The notes under the pieces: model-generated
Database searches by the model: none
The model's input: the letters and a program-made list of their open reading frames with translations, nothing else
What the model was told of the DNA's origin: nothing
In this document: one piece after another, positions 20,560 through 30,941 of the stretch
Position numbering within the stretch: the first letter of the stretch is position 1
Layout: each line of letters starts with the position of its first letter
Sequence record: AP018399.1
Reading direction: 5' to 3' (one strand)
DNA length: 64,000 nucleotides
Program-made: the position numbers and the translations under genes

Positions 20560-20967
20560 ATGCTACTAGAAGACCTACGCCCACAAGTAAGACGCGACCA
20601 GTCCGCAGAACGCCTATACCATCGTGAAAAGGGCTTCCCGCAGGACGTGAACCTACCTCGCGGCTTCTCCCCGGTTGTTCGCCTACGCTACGGCGGACAC
20701 GCTCGACAGGAAGCAATGGCTGACCGCTATGGCAATTTGAAGCTGCCTGATGCAATCGACGTGCGTAAGGGTGATATCTTTGAGATTGGTGTCACCGGGA
20801 ACACCGTCACCAAGATGGCAGTTCGTATGCCATACAATGACAAAATCGACTTGGTTGTGGTCTTCATGCCCGCTGATGGCTTCGTAAAGACCGTGTGGGC
20901 GAACACCAAGGGCGACACCCACAAGACCCTAGACCTATCGAAGTACGCTGACCCGAAGCGCCATTAA
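20560..20967 (+). CDS. hypothetical protein behind a late-type promoter
   Basis: ATAAATA at 20531; lone plus-strand gene in this block. Confidence 0.7.
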   Translation: MLLEDLRPQVRRDQSAERLYHREKGFPQDVNLPRGFSPVVRLRYGGHARQEAMADRYGNLKLPDAIDVRKGDIFEIGVTGNTVTKMAVRMPYNDKIDLVVVFMPADGFVKTVWANTKGDTHKTLDLSKYADPKRH

Positions 20968-21269
20968 ACCTCTTTGTTGGCGATTCGGGCCAACTGACCC
21001 GCATACTTGACCATCTTCTTGCGGATGAGCGCAATCTGACGCGGCGACAGGAAGCCGTTGGTGCGCTTGTACTGGTTGACCAAATCGGTCAGGATGTTGG
21101 CGTCAACGCCATTGAAACCGATACCATTCTGCTCTTTCGTGGTTTCGGTTGCCTTCTCTTCTTCCGTCTGGCGAGCATGGATTGCCAGCAGGCCACGGAC
21201 CAGCCACTTGTCGTCCGATTCCAGCTTGGCCTTGACTTCTTCCTTCGTCCACTTCTTGTCGGTCATGGC
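20964..21269 (-). CDS. conserved phage protein (GIGFNGVDA motif)
   Basis: ORF with promoter. Confidence 0.7.
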   Translation of the reverse strand, partial: AMTDKKWTKEEVKAKLESDDKWLVRGLLAIHARQTEEEKATETTKEQNGIGFNGVDANILTDLVNQYKRTNGFLSPRQIALIRKKMVKYAGQLARIANKEV

Positions 21270-21743
21270 TTTGACTCCCGGTGTGTGGGAGTCATTATAC
21301 ACTTATAATTTCGACCGTCAAGCCCTTATTGCTTGAATTTTCGCAATTCGGGCAGAAGTTTTTCCAGATATTCGGCCACGGCTTTGGCTTCGTAGTAGTC
21401 TTCACGATAGCTCGGGCCACAGTCATCATAGTGGCCGAACATGGATAGACTACTCTGGGCAGACTTGAGGTTTTGCCTCGCCTTGCCCAATTCGTCTTCC
21501 ATCACGCGGATGACGCTACCGTTTCGCGCCCGCTGCTCCTTGTCGCTCACAGTAGCGCCAGCCAGCCCAGCGACTTGACCGCGTGATAGGTCAGCAGGCT
21601 TCCGAGAATGAAGGGGATGGCCTTGAAGAACACGGCGCTCTTGAAGTTCGACGTGTGCATCAGACACAGGCTCAGCAGGTACAGACCCGCAATCAGGATG
21701 ATGTAGGGCATTACGTTGCTCCGTTGAATGAGCCGTCAATGTA

Positions 21744-22127
21744 CTAAATTATATTACGTCTGTCAACAGGTGGACCGACTAATTTACACAAATAGTCGAT
21801 AAGTCTTTGAGTGTAAAAGAATTCCGTCAAATCTATTGACGTGCCGCCCTTGATGTGCGACCATAGTTCAGCGAATCGGTGTACTTCTTCACGGGTAGGA
21901 AGGTCGCTGTCCTTCTTCCGGTTGCATTTGGCACATGATAGAACCATGTTGCCGGTTAGCGTGTTACCCCATGAACGGGGGAAGAAATGGTCACGGGTGT
22001 AACCGTGTGGATTCTTCTTGTCGTGGCCTACGGGGTCCAGCTTCTTGCTGCAATAGAAACATGCGTATTGTTGCAAGTTCAGCATAAGGGAATATGAGAA
22101 CTGCGGTCGTGTATTGGGAGTCATCAC
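21744..22127 (-). CDS. HNH endonuclease
   Basis: CFYC ... TRDHFFPRS ... N ... CAKCNRKK. Confidence 0.8.
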   Translation of the reverse strand: MMTPNTRPQFSYSLMLNLQQYACFYCSKKLDPVGHDKKNPHGYTRDHFFPRSWGNTLTGNMVLSCAKCNRKKDSDLPTREEVHRFAELWSHIKGGTSIDLTEFFYTQRLIDYLCKLVGPPVDRRNII

Positions 22128-22457
22128 CCAATATTTATTTGACTTTTCCCAGCCCTTGCAATGCCAGCCACGACGTATAGAAATAGCCGTAAACGTCCGG
22201 AACAGCGAGGCTTCCCACGAAATACTGAACCAATGGAAGCTTGCCGTTGCTGTCCTTGTATAGCTCTTTACACCACGTTGACCATTCCTGCATTACCTCG
22301 ACAGGCAATTGCTCAGTCAGCGGCTTGAACTGAATGAATAGATGGTATGGGATTTGTACTGGAATAACAAGTACGGGCTGCATCTTCGTTCCTTTGATGA
22401 TGCCACTATATCCAATGGACAACCTCGTGTCAAGCGTGTATTGTGGCCGCTCAGTTC

Positions 22458-22501
22458 CCCGGCCTCCCAGCCATTTTACACTATAATTTAGAAGCTGTCA
22501 A
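22458..22501 (-). repeat. dispersed element, copy 9 (GGCTGGGAGGCCGGG variant)
   Basis: TTGACA-17-TAAAAT plus motif. Confidence 0.85.
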
Positions 22502-22558
22502 CACTTGCAATTAAATTAATTCGTGATATGATGGCGTTATCTTCACTGGTCAAAACGT

Positions 22559-23008
22559 ATGGCTATCACCATCGTTTCATATCAGCGGTTCGCCGACATG
22601 CCACGCGCATTGCATAGTGCGTGCTGTATCATGGGCGACCATAGCGGGCACATGCGCAGGCTCGCGGAGAACCTGTATCTACGGAACGGGGAGCCACACT
22701 TCACCCTGCGGGAAGCGCTGGTGATGTACGACGGTGGCGAGGTAGTCGGCTGGGCTGCACTGTACGATGAATGGGGACTAGACCACCCGTGTGCCAGCGT
22801 GTGGATATGGCCTCACATGAGGGGACAGGGCTACGGCTCTCGACTCATGAAGGACATGCACGAACGTTGGCACAAAGCCAAGCCGGAAGTATTCAATTCA
22901 GTTGTGAAGGTATGGCGTGAACTGGATGAGGGCAGGGCCACCCCTACTCAAATAAGTCCTAACGCAAGCGTTACTATGGTACCCCTATATACAGGGTATG
23001 CTAGTTAA
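22559..23008 (+). CDS. GNAT-family acetyltransferase-like protein
   Basis: VWIWPHMRGQGYGSRLM acetyl-CoA motif A. Confidence 0.75.
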   Translation: MAITIVSYQRFADMPRALHSACCIMGDHSGHMRRLAENLYLRNGEPHFTLREALVMYDGGEVVGWAALYDEWGLDHPCASVWIWPHMRGQGYGSRLMKDMHERWHKAKPEVFNSVVKVWRELDEGRATPTQISPNASVTMVPLYTGYAS

Positions 23009-23256
23009 AGTCGCCATCATCCCACCCAACAAAGATTACATTGTACTGCGTCAACAGGACGGACAAGAAGGTCGGTTCCCTCGTCAGTTCGCAAGGCATG
23101 TTTCAACTAACGATATCTGTTTGATGACAGAGTATCGCGGTCGTCCTCAACTCAAATTGTTGACAGATGACGATGAAGTCGTTATAATGAATACCACGCA
23201 ACGGTTCGGGCCACCGCCTAAACCACCTGAACCGATTCCAACTCCTTGAGGGATAT

Positions 23257-23778
23257 ATGAAAAAGCTTCTCCTGTTCACCTTGCTGACCCTGTTCAGCTT
23301 CGCAGCCTCGGCTCAGTCCTATTCAGGCCGTGGCGTCACCACGTCTACCTACCCCGTCTTCGACCGCGTGTACGAGCCTGCAACGCAGGTATGCCGCGAG
23401 GTCGTGGTGGACTCGGGCTACAACGCTGGTGGCGCTGCTGTCGGTGCTGTGGTCGGCTACGTGCTGGGCCGTGAAATCGACCGCGACTCCCGCAGCTACT
23501 ACGGTGGCTATTACGGTGGGCGTGGCTACGGCCATCGTGGCGGCTACTACAATGACCGCCGTGGGTATTACGGTGGCGTGTACGAAAGCCGTGTGGGCCG
23601 CTACGGCGGTGCTGTGGCCGGTGCTGTCATCGGTGGCAATGCTGGCCGCTCGGCTGGTGTGACGACGGTGTGTGAGGAACAGCGCAACGGCTATGCCCGT
23701 GAAGTGCTGGTCGGCTACCGCATCGTGACCCGCTATCCGGATGGCACCACCCGCGAACGCTTCGAACCGACCCGTTGA
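23257..23778 (+). CDS. glycine-zipper envelope protein
   Basis: Signal peptide and GAAVGAVVG / GAVAGAVIG repeats. Confidence 0.7.
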   Translation: MKKLLLFTLLTLFSFAASAQSYSGRGVTTSTYPVFDRVYEPATQVCREVVVDSGYNAGGAAVGAVVGYVLGREIDRDSRSYYGGYYGGRGYGHRGGYYNDRRGYYGGVYESRVGRYGGAVAGAVIGGNAGRSAGVTTVCEEQRNGYAREVLVGYRIVTRYPDGTTRERFEPTR

Positions 23779-23826
23779 CAGATTAAAGTTCAATAGCTAT
23801 ACTAATCTCTCAACACTAGGAATCCC

Positions 23827-24075
23827 ATGAAGCGTATCCTCCTGCTCGCCGTTCTGGCCCTGTCCCTCACTGGCTGCTACAACGGCAACGATGCCCGCAA
23901 GGCGCTGGAAGCCCAAGGCTTTACCGATATCGAAATCACCGGCCATTCGTGGTTCGCGTGCAGCGAAGACGACACGTATTCTACGGGATTCGTCGCTACC
24001 AATCCGCAGGGCAAGCGAGTCAAGGGCACTGTCTGCTCTGGCTTCCTGTTCAAGAACGCTACCATTCGCTGGTAA
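23827..24075 (+). CDS. lipoprotein
   Basis: Lipobox LTGC. Confidence 0.75.
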   Translation: MKRILLLAVLALSLTGCYNGNDARKALEAQGFTDIEITGHSWFACSEDDTYSTGFVATNPQGKRVKGTVCSGFLFKNATIRW

Positions 24076-24821
24076 TGGCCTGCGACTGCGAGACGTGCAA
24101 GTATTTGGCCGAGTTTCAGACTCGGCTTAATGCTATTCCGGAAGAACACCGGGCATTCTTCGATGACCTGATGCAGCGTTATGAAGGCGCTTGCACTGAC
24201 CGGGATGTGAATGCGTCCATTCTAGACGGGTCATGGCCGTCCGCAAAAGGCTACATTGAACATGCCGCACAAACTTTAGGGTTCAAGTTGGTCCCTATTG
24301 ACAAGGCGTGAAGATGTGTTAACATATTGGTCTAAACATTTAGGCCCAATATGACACCGCAAGAAGCCGCACAAGAAGAAGTCCCGAGCAATGTGATTTA
24401 CATGGCCGAATTCCTCATGAGACGCAGGAATCAGGCTGTCACCGAAGCCAATGCCATGTTCGCAAAGGCTCAAAAGCTCTCCAAGAACCCCGACCCACGT
24501 CAAGACCCGTTCGCTGGCGTCCTGATGAAGAAGGTTGATGCACTCGCCGAAAAGGCGGAAGCCCTTGAGAAACATATCAAGTTCATCGTTCGCGGTGGAC
24601 GTGGGTCCATGATTCCGTCTCCGGGTTACAGCACGGCATACGGCCAGCCTTCGCCGCCCCCTCCGGTGAACATTAGCGTGACATTTCCCGCCCCTATCAA
24701 GTAAAAAACTTACTCATTCAGCCAGAAATTTGACGTTTCTGGCTGAATTTGTTATTGACAAGCTTTAAAGAACTGGTATATACTTTGTCTGTAGTACCAC
24801 AAAACCACTGAGGACACTCCG

Positions 24822-25187
24822 ATGAATGAAACTGATTTGGTCAATGCTGACCTGCACGACGAAGCCGATGGAATTGGCGAAAGTGCGGCAGTAGTGGCCG
24901 CTGCTCCGGTGGCTCCCGCTGCCGATGAAGTACAGACCCCGGCCGCTGCTGTCGTGACCGATGCCGTTACCAAGGCTCGCTCTGGCGCTGGTCGCAAGGT
25001 TGACACCACTGGCACCACGGCTCTGGGAACCGCTCGCATCCTGTATGCAGCGAATCCGGGCTTGGGCACCAAGGAACTCCGCGCTCTGTTCGTGGAAAAG
25101 CTCGGCCCGAAGTTCGGCACCACCGAATCGGTTGCCCAGACCTACGTCAGTCTGGTGCGCAAGCCGAAGGCGAAGAAGGCCGCGTAA
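24822..25187 (+). CDS. hypothetical protein with basic tail, possibly nucleic-acid binding
   Basis: GAGGA SD and promoter. Confidence 0.7.
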   Translation: MNETDLVNADLHDEADGIGESAAVVAAAPVAPAADEVQTPAAAVVTDAVTKARSGAGRKVDTTGTTALGTARILYAANPGLGTKELRALFVEKLGPKFGTTESVAQTYVSLVRKPKAKKAA

Positions 25188-25314
25188 GCAATACAGCTTA
25201 AAGCAAATAAGATTGCGTGTCAATGACAAATTGGCACGCAATCTTTAAAAATTGTTGTTGACAATCCGTGATGATGTCTTATAATTAACGCATCGAATCA
25301 CTAGGGAGTCACCA

Positions 25315-26067
25315 ATGAACAAGTCGCCGAAGCTTCTCTCTGTCGCCGCCGATGCAAAGACGGTGAAGGGTCAGAAGATGGGGTACCTCACTGGCGTTCT
25401 GTACCTCGCTCCCCATACCATTTCCGGCTATCAGGTGTGCCCGAAGGCGTCGGAAGGTTGCCGTCTGGCCTGCCTGTATACCGCTGGCCGTGGCATCTAT
25501 ACCAATACGCAAAATGCCCGCATCGCCAAAACCAAGCGCTTCCATGAGGACCGCGACGGTTTCATGGCGCAGCTTGTCGATGAAGTGGAAGCGCTGATTC
25601 GCAAGGCAAAGCGTGAAAGCCTGATTCCCGTGGTCCGTCTCAATGGCACGTCTGATTTGCCGTGGGAGAAAATCAAGTGCAATCGTAACGGCGTCGCCTA
25701 TGCGTCCATCATGGAAGCGTTCGCGGACGTGCAATTCTACGATTACACTAAGGTTCTGGGGCGTTCTAAGGCGCTTTCTCTGCCTAACTACTCGCTCACT
25801 TTCTCTCTGGCGGAAGACAATGACGCTGCTGCAATGAAGGCATTGCAGGAGGGTTTCAACGTCGCCGTTGTGATGAAGGTAGGCCGCAAAGAAGACAAGC
25901 CCGCGAATTGGGGCGGCTTTCCGGTAGTCAATGGCGATGAAACCGACTTGCGCTTTCTGGACCCGCAGGGCGGTCACATTGTCGGCCTGTTCCCCAAGGG
26001 CAAGGCCGGTAAGGATACGCTGGGATTCGTCCGGGCAAAGGATAGCGGCTTCGCAAGAGCCGCTTGA
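25315..26067 (+). CDS. Gp88-like conserved phage protein
   Basis: LYLAP ... CPKASEGCRLACL ... VRLNGTSD motifs. Confidence 0.75.
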   Translation: MNKSPKLLSVAADAKTVKGQKMGYLTGVLYLAPHTISGYQVCPKASEGCRLACLYTAGRGIYTNTQNARIAKTKRFHEDRDGFMAQLVDEVEALIRKAKRESLIPVVRLNGTSDLPWEKIKCNRNGVAYASIMEAFADVQFYDYTKVLGRSKALSLPNYSLTFSLAEDNDAAAMKALQEGFNVAVVMKVGRKEDKPANWGGFPVVNGDETDLRFLDPQGGHIVGLFPKGKAGKDTLGFVRAKDSGFARAA

Positions 26068-26115
26068 TAATTACAAGTAGATAAGCTAAAGTCATCCTAG
26101 TAGATACATACTAGG

Positions 26116-26622
26116 ATGACCAGCAAGAATGTAAGCCGCCATACGATTGACGTAAAGACTTTCCGGGACAGACGCAAAAGCGACGTTCCGACTTTGCTCA
26201 ATGCGGTTGAATTTTTTCTTGACGAATTACTAAAACGCTGTACAATAGCGTACAAGTTAAACATTAAAGTCACGCTCAAGAACGGACCCGTTAAGGGTGA
26301 CGACAAGAGCCTGAATGATGGACTAGCTTGGGAACACGAATCCGGGACAGGGGTCAAGTGGTTTCATATCCACTTGAATGATAACGTTCCGTTCCTAGAA
26401 CTGCTCTCCACTTTGGCTCATGAGACAGTCCATGTCGTGCAATTTGCGACTGGCAGACTTCGAATCGAAGATGAGGATTGGATTTGGGAAGGCAAGAACT
26501 ACGGACCAAAGCCCTATATTGGGAAAGAAGTTGACAATCAACTTCCGTGGGAGTATGATGCGTACTCCAAGGAACCTGAACTCGCTCGGAAATTCGTTAA
26601 ACAATACTATTCCATCTGGTAA
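26116..26622 (+). CDS. putative zinc metallopeptidase
   Basis: LAHETVHVVQ and LPWEYDAY. Confidence 0.7.
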   Translation: MTSKNVSRHTIDVKTFRDRRKSDVPTLLNAVEFFLDELLKRCTIAYKLNIKVTLKNGPVKGDDKSLNDGLAWEHESGTGVKWFHIHLNDNVPFLELLSTLAHETVHVVQFATGRLRIEDEDWIWEGKNYGPKPYIGKEVDNQLPWEYDAYSKEPELARKFVKQYYSIW

Positions 26623-26868
26623 ACCCATCAAATGAGCAACATTGCAAACCTTTCTCGTCAGATTGCCAAGCTCAGCGCCCAGCTTACGGACGCCAAGGCA
26701 AAGGGTGATATCGACCTCGCTGAACAGCTTGAGGACGAACTGAACGACCTTGAAGACCAGTTGGAAGACGAGGAAGAGGCCAACCGCGATGGCGGCTTTG
26801 GCTGGTCCTAATAAGTCCTAACGCTCGCGTTAACCCCTCCATTTCTCCTTTACAAACAAGGATTTACA

Positions 26869-27306
26869 ATGTGTCTTGATATTGACGTGCGGTATCACCC
26901 GAACTACGGCAAGAAGGGTTCGGCGTTCATCGCCCAGCAGCCCATCCTCGTCTACAAGCGCCTGAACTGCGCTGACAAGACCGGTGGCAAGGCTCCCTAT
27001 CAGGGAACCCGCTGGGACTTCGGTGTCGAGCAGCGTGTCCCCCGGTTCGGCTATTGGGGTCAGAACCGCCGCGAAATCGACGTGGGCCTCCATGCGTTCT
27101 TCACCAAGGACGCCAACCGTTGCTACGGTGACGTGTTCCCGGCTGTGATTCCGGCCGGTGCCCGCTTCTTCCTCGGCACGAATGGTGAAGTGGTTTCCAC
27201 GGCTCTGACCGTGTACCGTACCCAGAAGGAAATGCTGGCCGCATTCGGTGCAAAGGCTGTCGGTCCGGCCATCAAGCGCCATACCCTGACCAAGCGGGCA
27301 CGCTAA
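26869..27306 (+). CDS. hypothetical protein
   Basis: AAGGA SD; coupled to the next gene. Confidence 0.7.
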   Translation: MCLDIDVRYHPNYGKKGSAFIAQQPILVYKRLNCADKTGGKAPYQGTRWDFGVEQRVPRFGYWGQNRREIDVGLHAFFTKDANRCYGDVFPAVIPAGARFFLGTNGEVVSTALTVYRTQKEMLAAFGAKAVGPAIKRHTLTKRAR

Positions 27307-27887
27307 TGTTCGGTCCGGCCGTCTCCCCAACTCCGCTGCGCACCTTCAACACCGATGACGCTCTGGCCTTCGTGGAAGGCCGGGGTGTGGATGCCGCTGG
27401 TCGCACCATCGAAGACTATTTCAAGTTCGATGCGGACAAGTGGGAAGAGTGCCACAACCATGTGCAGTGGGCGTTCCCCAGCCACATCATGTCGCGCTTC
27501 AATCTGGAAGCGCCCGTGGTGGACATGGAAGACTTCGCCAACCGGCTGACCGCACAGGGCCACATCAATATCAAGCGATTGATGGGCAACTACCTGACCT
27601 CGCTTGGCTGGTTCGAAGACAAGGGCGGCTGGCACGCTGACCTCAAGCACGAGCGTGCGGGACTGTGGCTGTCGCCGTACAACCACAACTATCAGCGCAT
27701 TTCGCGACTGCTGAACCTGCTGTCGTGGATTGATTCCAATCTGGCAATCGAACTGCTGAACGAATTCCTGACCGTCGCACAGGAAGCTTCGAAGTGGGTG
27801 ATGGAAGACCATTTCAAGCGTCCTATGGCTGTCATCAATGCCGAGACTGTGGTATACTGGTCTAAAGCCGCCATCGGAAAACTTTAA
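27306..27887 (+). CDS. OGFr N-terminal-like domain protein
   Basis: WEECHNHVQWAFP ... SRFN and HNYQRISRLL motifs. Confidence 0.7.
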   Translation: MFGPAVSPTPLRTFNTDDALAFVEGRGVDAAGRTIEDYFKFDADKWEECHNHVQWAFPSHIMSRFNLEAPVVDMEDFANRLTAQGHINIKRLMGNYLTSLGWFEDKGGWHADLKHERAGLWLSPYNHNYQRISRLLNLLSWIDSNLAIELLNEFLTVAQEASKWVMEDHFKRPMAVINAETVVYWSKAAIGKL

Positions 27888-28636
27888 AATGTTGCAGAAG
27901 ACTATCTCCGCTCTGTTCTCTGGCATGGAAACCCAACCGGTTGCCTTCAAGCCGTCCGAAGTGAATGATGCCTACCGCAAGGTGGACCGCATTCTGGACA
28001 CGGCATTCCTGCCGGAGCATGTGGACACTGCCGAACGCATGTTCACCAACCTGCTGAACCGCTTTGCGTTCAGTGCGGAACATCGCACGTCTCCGCTGGT
28101 GGTCGGAATGCAGGACCGTATCAATACCCGACGTGCGGAAGTCATCGCACAGTGGGAAGCAATGAATGGAACACGGGTGGCGGCATAAGCCACCCAGCTT
28201 TACGTTGTACTAGGAAAATTACTTGAATACCGAAATCAGTCTGGCCGACCGCAAGACGGCCCTAAATGAAAAGCTTGCGGGATTGCAGAACATCGCCATT
28301 GATGAGTCTGCCAACTTCAAGTTCATGAATCTGTTGCGCTCGCGGTTGACGGAAGAAGGTATCCCGTTGGAAGCTGCAACCCAAATCGTCGCCAATATCG
28401 ACTATGATATGTCGGCCGTCAATGAAGACGACGACTACATCGGTGACGTGGCTCTGGCCTATGCGGAGTTTGCAGCGCGCGTATACGACAAGCTCAAGGC
28501 TGGCAACTGGCATCGTAACATGACGGACTCTGTTGTCCGCAAGTATTTCGCTCATTTCAAGATTACTCTTGATGTTCCGGAACGAAATCGTCAGTTGGCT
28601 CTTGACTTTAACGGTCAAGGTGCTTAAACTATAAGC

Positions 28637-29275
28637 ATGAACCTCATTCCTGCCACTGTCACCGTTCCGGACTTCATCCTCAACAACGACCTGTTCCTGC
28701 GTGCGGCGAACTTCGCCCACAAGCACCATGATGCGGTCGGACAGAAGCGGGAAGGCTCTGGCGAACCCTACATCGTCCATCCGCTGGAAGTGGCCGGTCT
28801 GGCTCACGCGATGGGCCATGAGTTCGACTATCCGAGCGAATGGATTGAAGTGGCTGTCGTCGCGGCGCTGCTGCACGACACCATCGAAGACACCAAATGC
28901 ACCTACAACGAAATCGAAGCTGAGTTCGGGGCTGTCGTTCGCGACACCGTGTTCTGGCTGACGGACGTGGTGGAGAAGGCCAAGGGCAATCGCCGGGTGC
29001 GCAAGGAACTGGAACGTGTGCGTCTCATGGCTGCACCGGGCCGGGTCAAGTTCATCAAGTGCTGCGATATCATCGCCAATGCCCGCTGCATCCTCAAGGA
29101 CAAGCCGGGTTCGGCTCAGTTGTTCCTCACCGAGAAGATGAGCGTGCTGGATACGTTCGTCCACTACAACCGGATGCACAAGGGCACCGATAACATCGGC
29201 AAGTTGGATAAACAAATGCTTGCCAAGTGCCGTGCGGTTCTGGTAGAATTCATGGACACTATCAGCAAGCCCTAA
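28637..29275 (+). CDS. HD-domain (p)ppGpp hydrolase-like protein (small alarmone hydrolase)
   Basis: H..GQKREGSGEPYIVHP ... ALLHDTIEDT, the RelA/SpoT HD signature. Confidence 0.8.
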   Translation: MNLIPATVTVPDFILNNDLFLRAANFAHKHHDAVGQKREGSGEPYIVHPLEVAGLAHAMGHEFDYPSEWIEVAVVAALLHDTIEDTKCTYNEIEAEFGAVVRDTVFWLTDVVEKAKGNRRVRKELERVRLMAAPGRVKFIKCCDIIANARCILKDKPGSAQLFLTEKMSVLDTFVHYNRMHKGTDNIGKLDKQMLAKCRAVLVEFMDTISKP

Positions 29276-29280
29276 AGGCC

Positions 29281-29934
29281 ATGACCAACATTCCGCTGTC
29301 TCAGGAACTTCTCGACTCGCAGACCGCATTGGATGCACTGCGGGCCGAGTACCGAATCATCCATGACAAGCTGATTCCGGCTGCTACGGCTCATCGGGAA
29401 CTGTTTGCCAAGTTCGCTCTGGAAGCCTTCGAAGCTGCCGAGGACAAGCTGGCACACATCCTGTCGCCGCAGTTCTATGACGTGAGCGTGGACCATCTAC
29501 GGGCTACCGATGCGTTCCTGTGGGACCGCTACGGGGCACGTACCAGCGGTCACAACTCGCTGACCTATCAGCGTCTTCCGCAGTTGACGTTCTACAAGAA
29601 CAGCGACGGGGCACACAACGCGAAGATGGTGCGTCTGATTGAAGATGCACTGCCGCACATGCTGCCGTTCACTGCGGACATGAAGGACCACTACGGCCGG
29701 GAAATCGACTCGCAGTTGCACGGCTTCTGCCTGTTCGGGACTCTGGAAAGTGGCCTGTCGGAACATGCCCGCATCAGTCTGTACGTTTCGCACGAGAAGA
29801 AGGTTCTGGTGTCGGCCACTCGCTATTCGCGTACTACGTACACGAAGGTGATGGAATTCGATGAAGGTATTGACTACTTCATTGAAAACCACTACTATGA
29901 GGACTTGTCGCAGCACGAACGCGACGATGACTAA
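29281..29934 (+). CDS. hypothetical protein
   Basis: ORF. Confidence 0.75.
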   Translation: MTNIPLSQELLDSQTALDALRAEYRIIHDKLIPAATAHRELFAKFALEAFEAAEDKLAHILSPQFYDVSVDHLRATDAFLWDRYGARTSGHNSLTYQRLPQLTFYKNSDGAHNAKMVRLIEDALPHMLPFTADMKDHYGREIDSQLHGFCLFGTLESGLSEHARISLYVSHEKKVLVSATRYSRTTYTKVMEFDEGIDYFIENHYYEDLSQHERDDD

Positions 29935-29947
29935 ATAAAGACCTAAT

Positions 29948-30037
29948 GGAAGCGTGGCCGAGTGGTTTAAGGCAACGGTCTTGAAAACCGTCGGCCCCGG
30001 AAGGGGTCCGTGAGTTCGAATCTCACCGCTTCCGCCA
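29948..30037 (+). tRNA. tRNA-Ser(UGA)
   Basis: Class II cloverleaf with CCA. Confidence 0.95.
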
Positions 30038-30281
30038 AATTCAAATGAGCAAACGACTACAAAAGAAGATTGCCAAGAAGGGTACCGAGAATATCAAGCA
30101 TCTTGGTAAGCGGTACAAAGAAATGCGTGCAATGTTCTTCGCAATGGAAGAACACCGCAATGAACTGGTTGGGAAAGAATGGGTAGCCCTCAAGCGAGCC
30201 ATGAAGGCCGAGAAACAAGTAGAGAAATTGAAGAAACAACTACTTGACAACGGCATCCAACCAGAGTAATATACACAAATC

Positions 30282-30390
30282 GGGAATGTAGCTCAGAGGA
30301 CAGAGCGCAGGGCGAGGAAGGGACTGGTTTTCCACCAGTAAACCCATCCAATCTCAGAAGTCAGTGGTTCGAATCCATTCATTCCCACCA
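30282..30390 (+). ncRNA. tRNA-like RNA with extended anticodon arm (109 nt)
   Basis: Acceptor GGGAATG/CATTCCC-ACCA, normal D and T arms, ~33 extra nt. Confidence 0.75.
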
Positions 30391-30562
30391 TTTTCGCAAC
30401 ACAATTGCACAGACACTAAATACCGTTATGAACAAACCATATTACAAACGATATTACGCCAAAGCCTAACAGGGCCGTATACGTTTGTGTGCGGTTCTGC
30501 AACGGAACCGTAGTACAGTGGTTATCTGATTCATAAATTCCCCTTAGTTTTACAAACAATTT

Positions 30563-30651
30563 GGACTCGTTCCCATAGCTGGCCGAATGGAGCGGACTCT
30601 TAATCCGACAGCGAAAGCTCATCGTAGGTTCGAATCCTACCGGGTCCACCA
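30563..30651 (+). tRNA. tRNA-Lys(CUU) with long variable arm
   Basis: Loop CTCTTAA; V-arm AGCGAAAGCT; CCA. Confidence 0.85.
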
Positions 30652-30691
30652 AATTTTACGCACTGGCGCTTGCGCCGTGTGACACGTCTAA

Positions 30692-30768
30692 GGGACGGTA
30701 GCTCAACGGTCTAGAGCAATCGGCTTTTAACCGATAGGTTGTGGGTTCGAATCCCACCCGTCTCACCA
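30692..30768 (+). tRNA. tRNA-Lys(UUU)
   Basis: Cloverleaf with CCA. Confidence 0.95.
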
Positions 30769-30773
30769 ACAAC

Positions 30774-30860
30774 GGATAGGTATGCAAGCGGTCAACGCAA
30801 TCGGATTGTAAATCCGCCGCCTTAAGGGCTTCGAAGGTTCGAATCCTTCTCTATCCACCA
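30774..30860 (+). tRNA. tRNA-Tyr(GUA)
   Basis: Class II cloverleaf with CCA. Confidence 0.95.
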
Positions 30861-30864
30861 ATTT

Positions 30865-30936
30865 GGGCTTCACAATCTATAGTGAGAACGCCGTAACTCG
30901 GCGCAGTCGGCGACTAGGTATCGCCAAAGTCCACCA
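30865..30936 (+). ncRNA. divergent tRNA-like RNA with G3.U70 and ACCA end
   Basis: GGGCTT/AAGTCC acceptor and three hairpins; no TTCR loop. Confidence 0.55.
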
Positions 30937-30941
30937 TCTTC

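Larger units (their letters stand above)
19091..26832 (+). repeat. 23-bp motif AATAAGTCCTAACGCWMGCGTTA at 19091, 22951 and 26810
   Basis: Two identical copies and one 21/23 copy; palindrome TAACGC-N2-GCGTTA. Confidence 0.85.
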
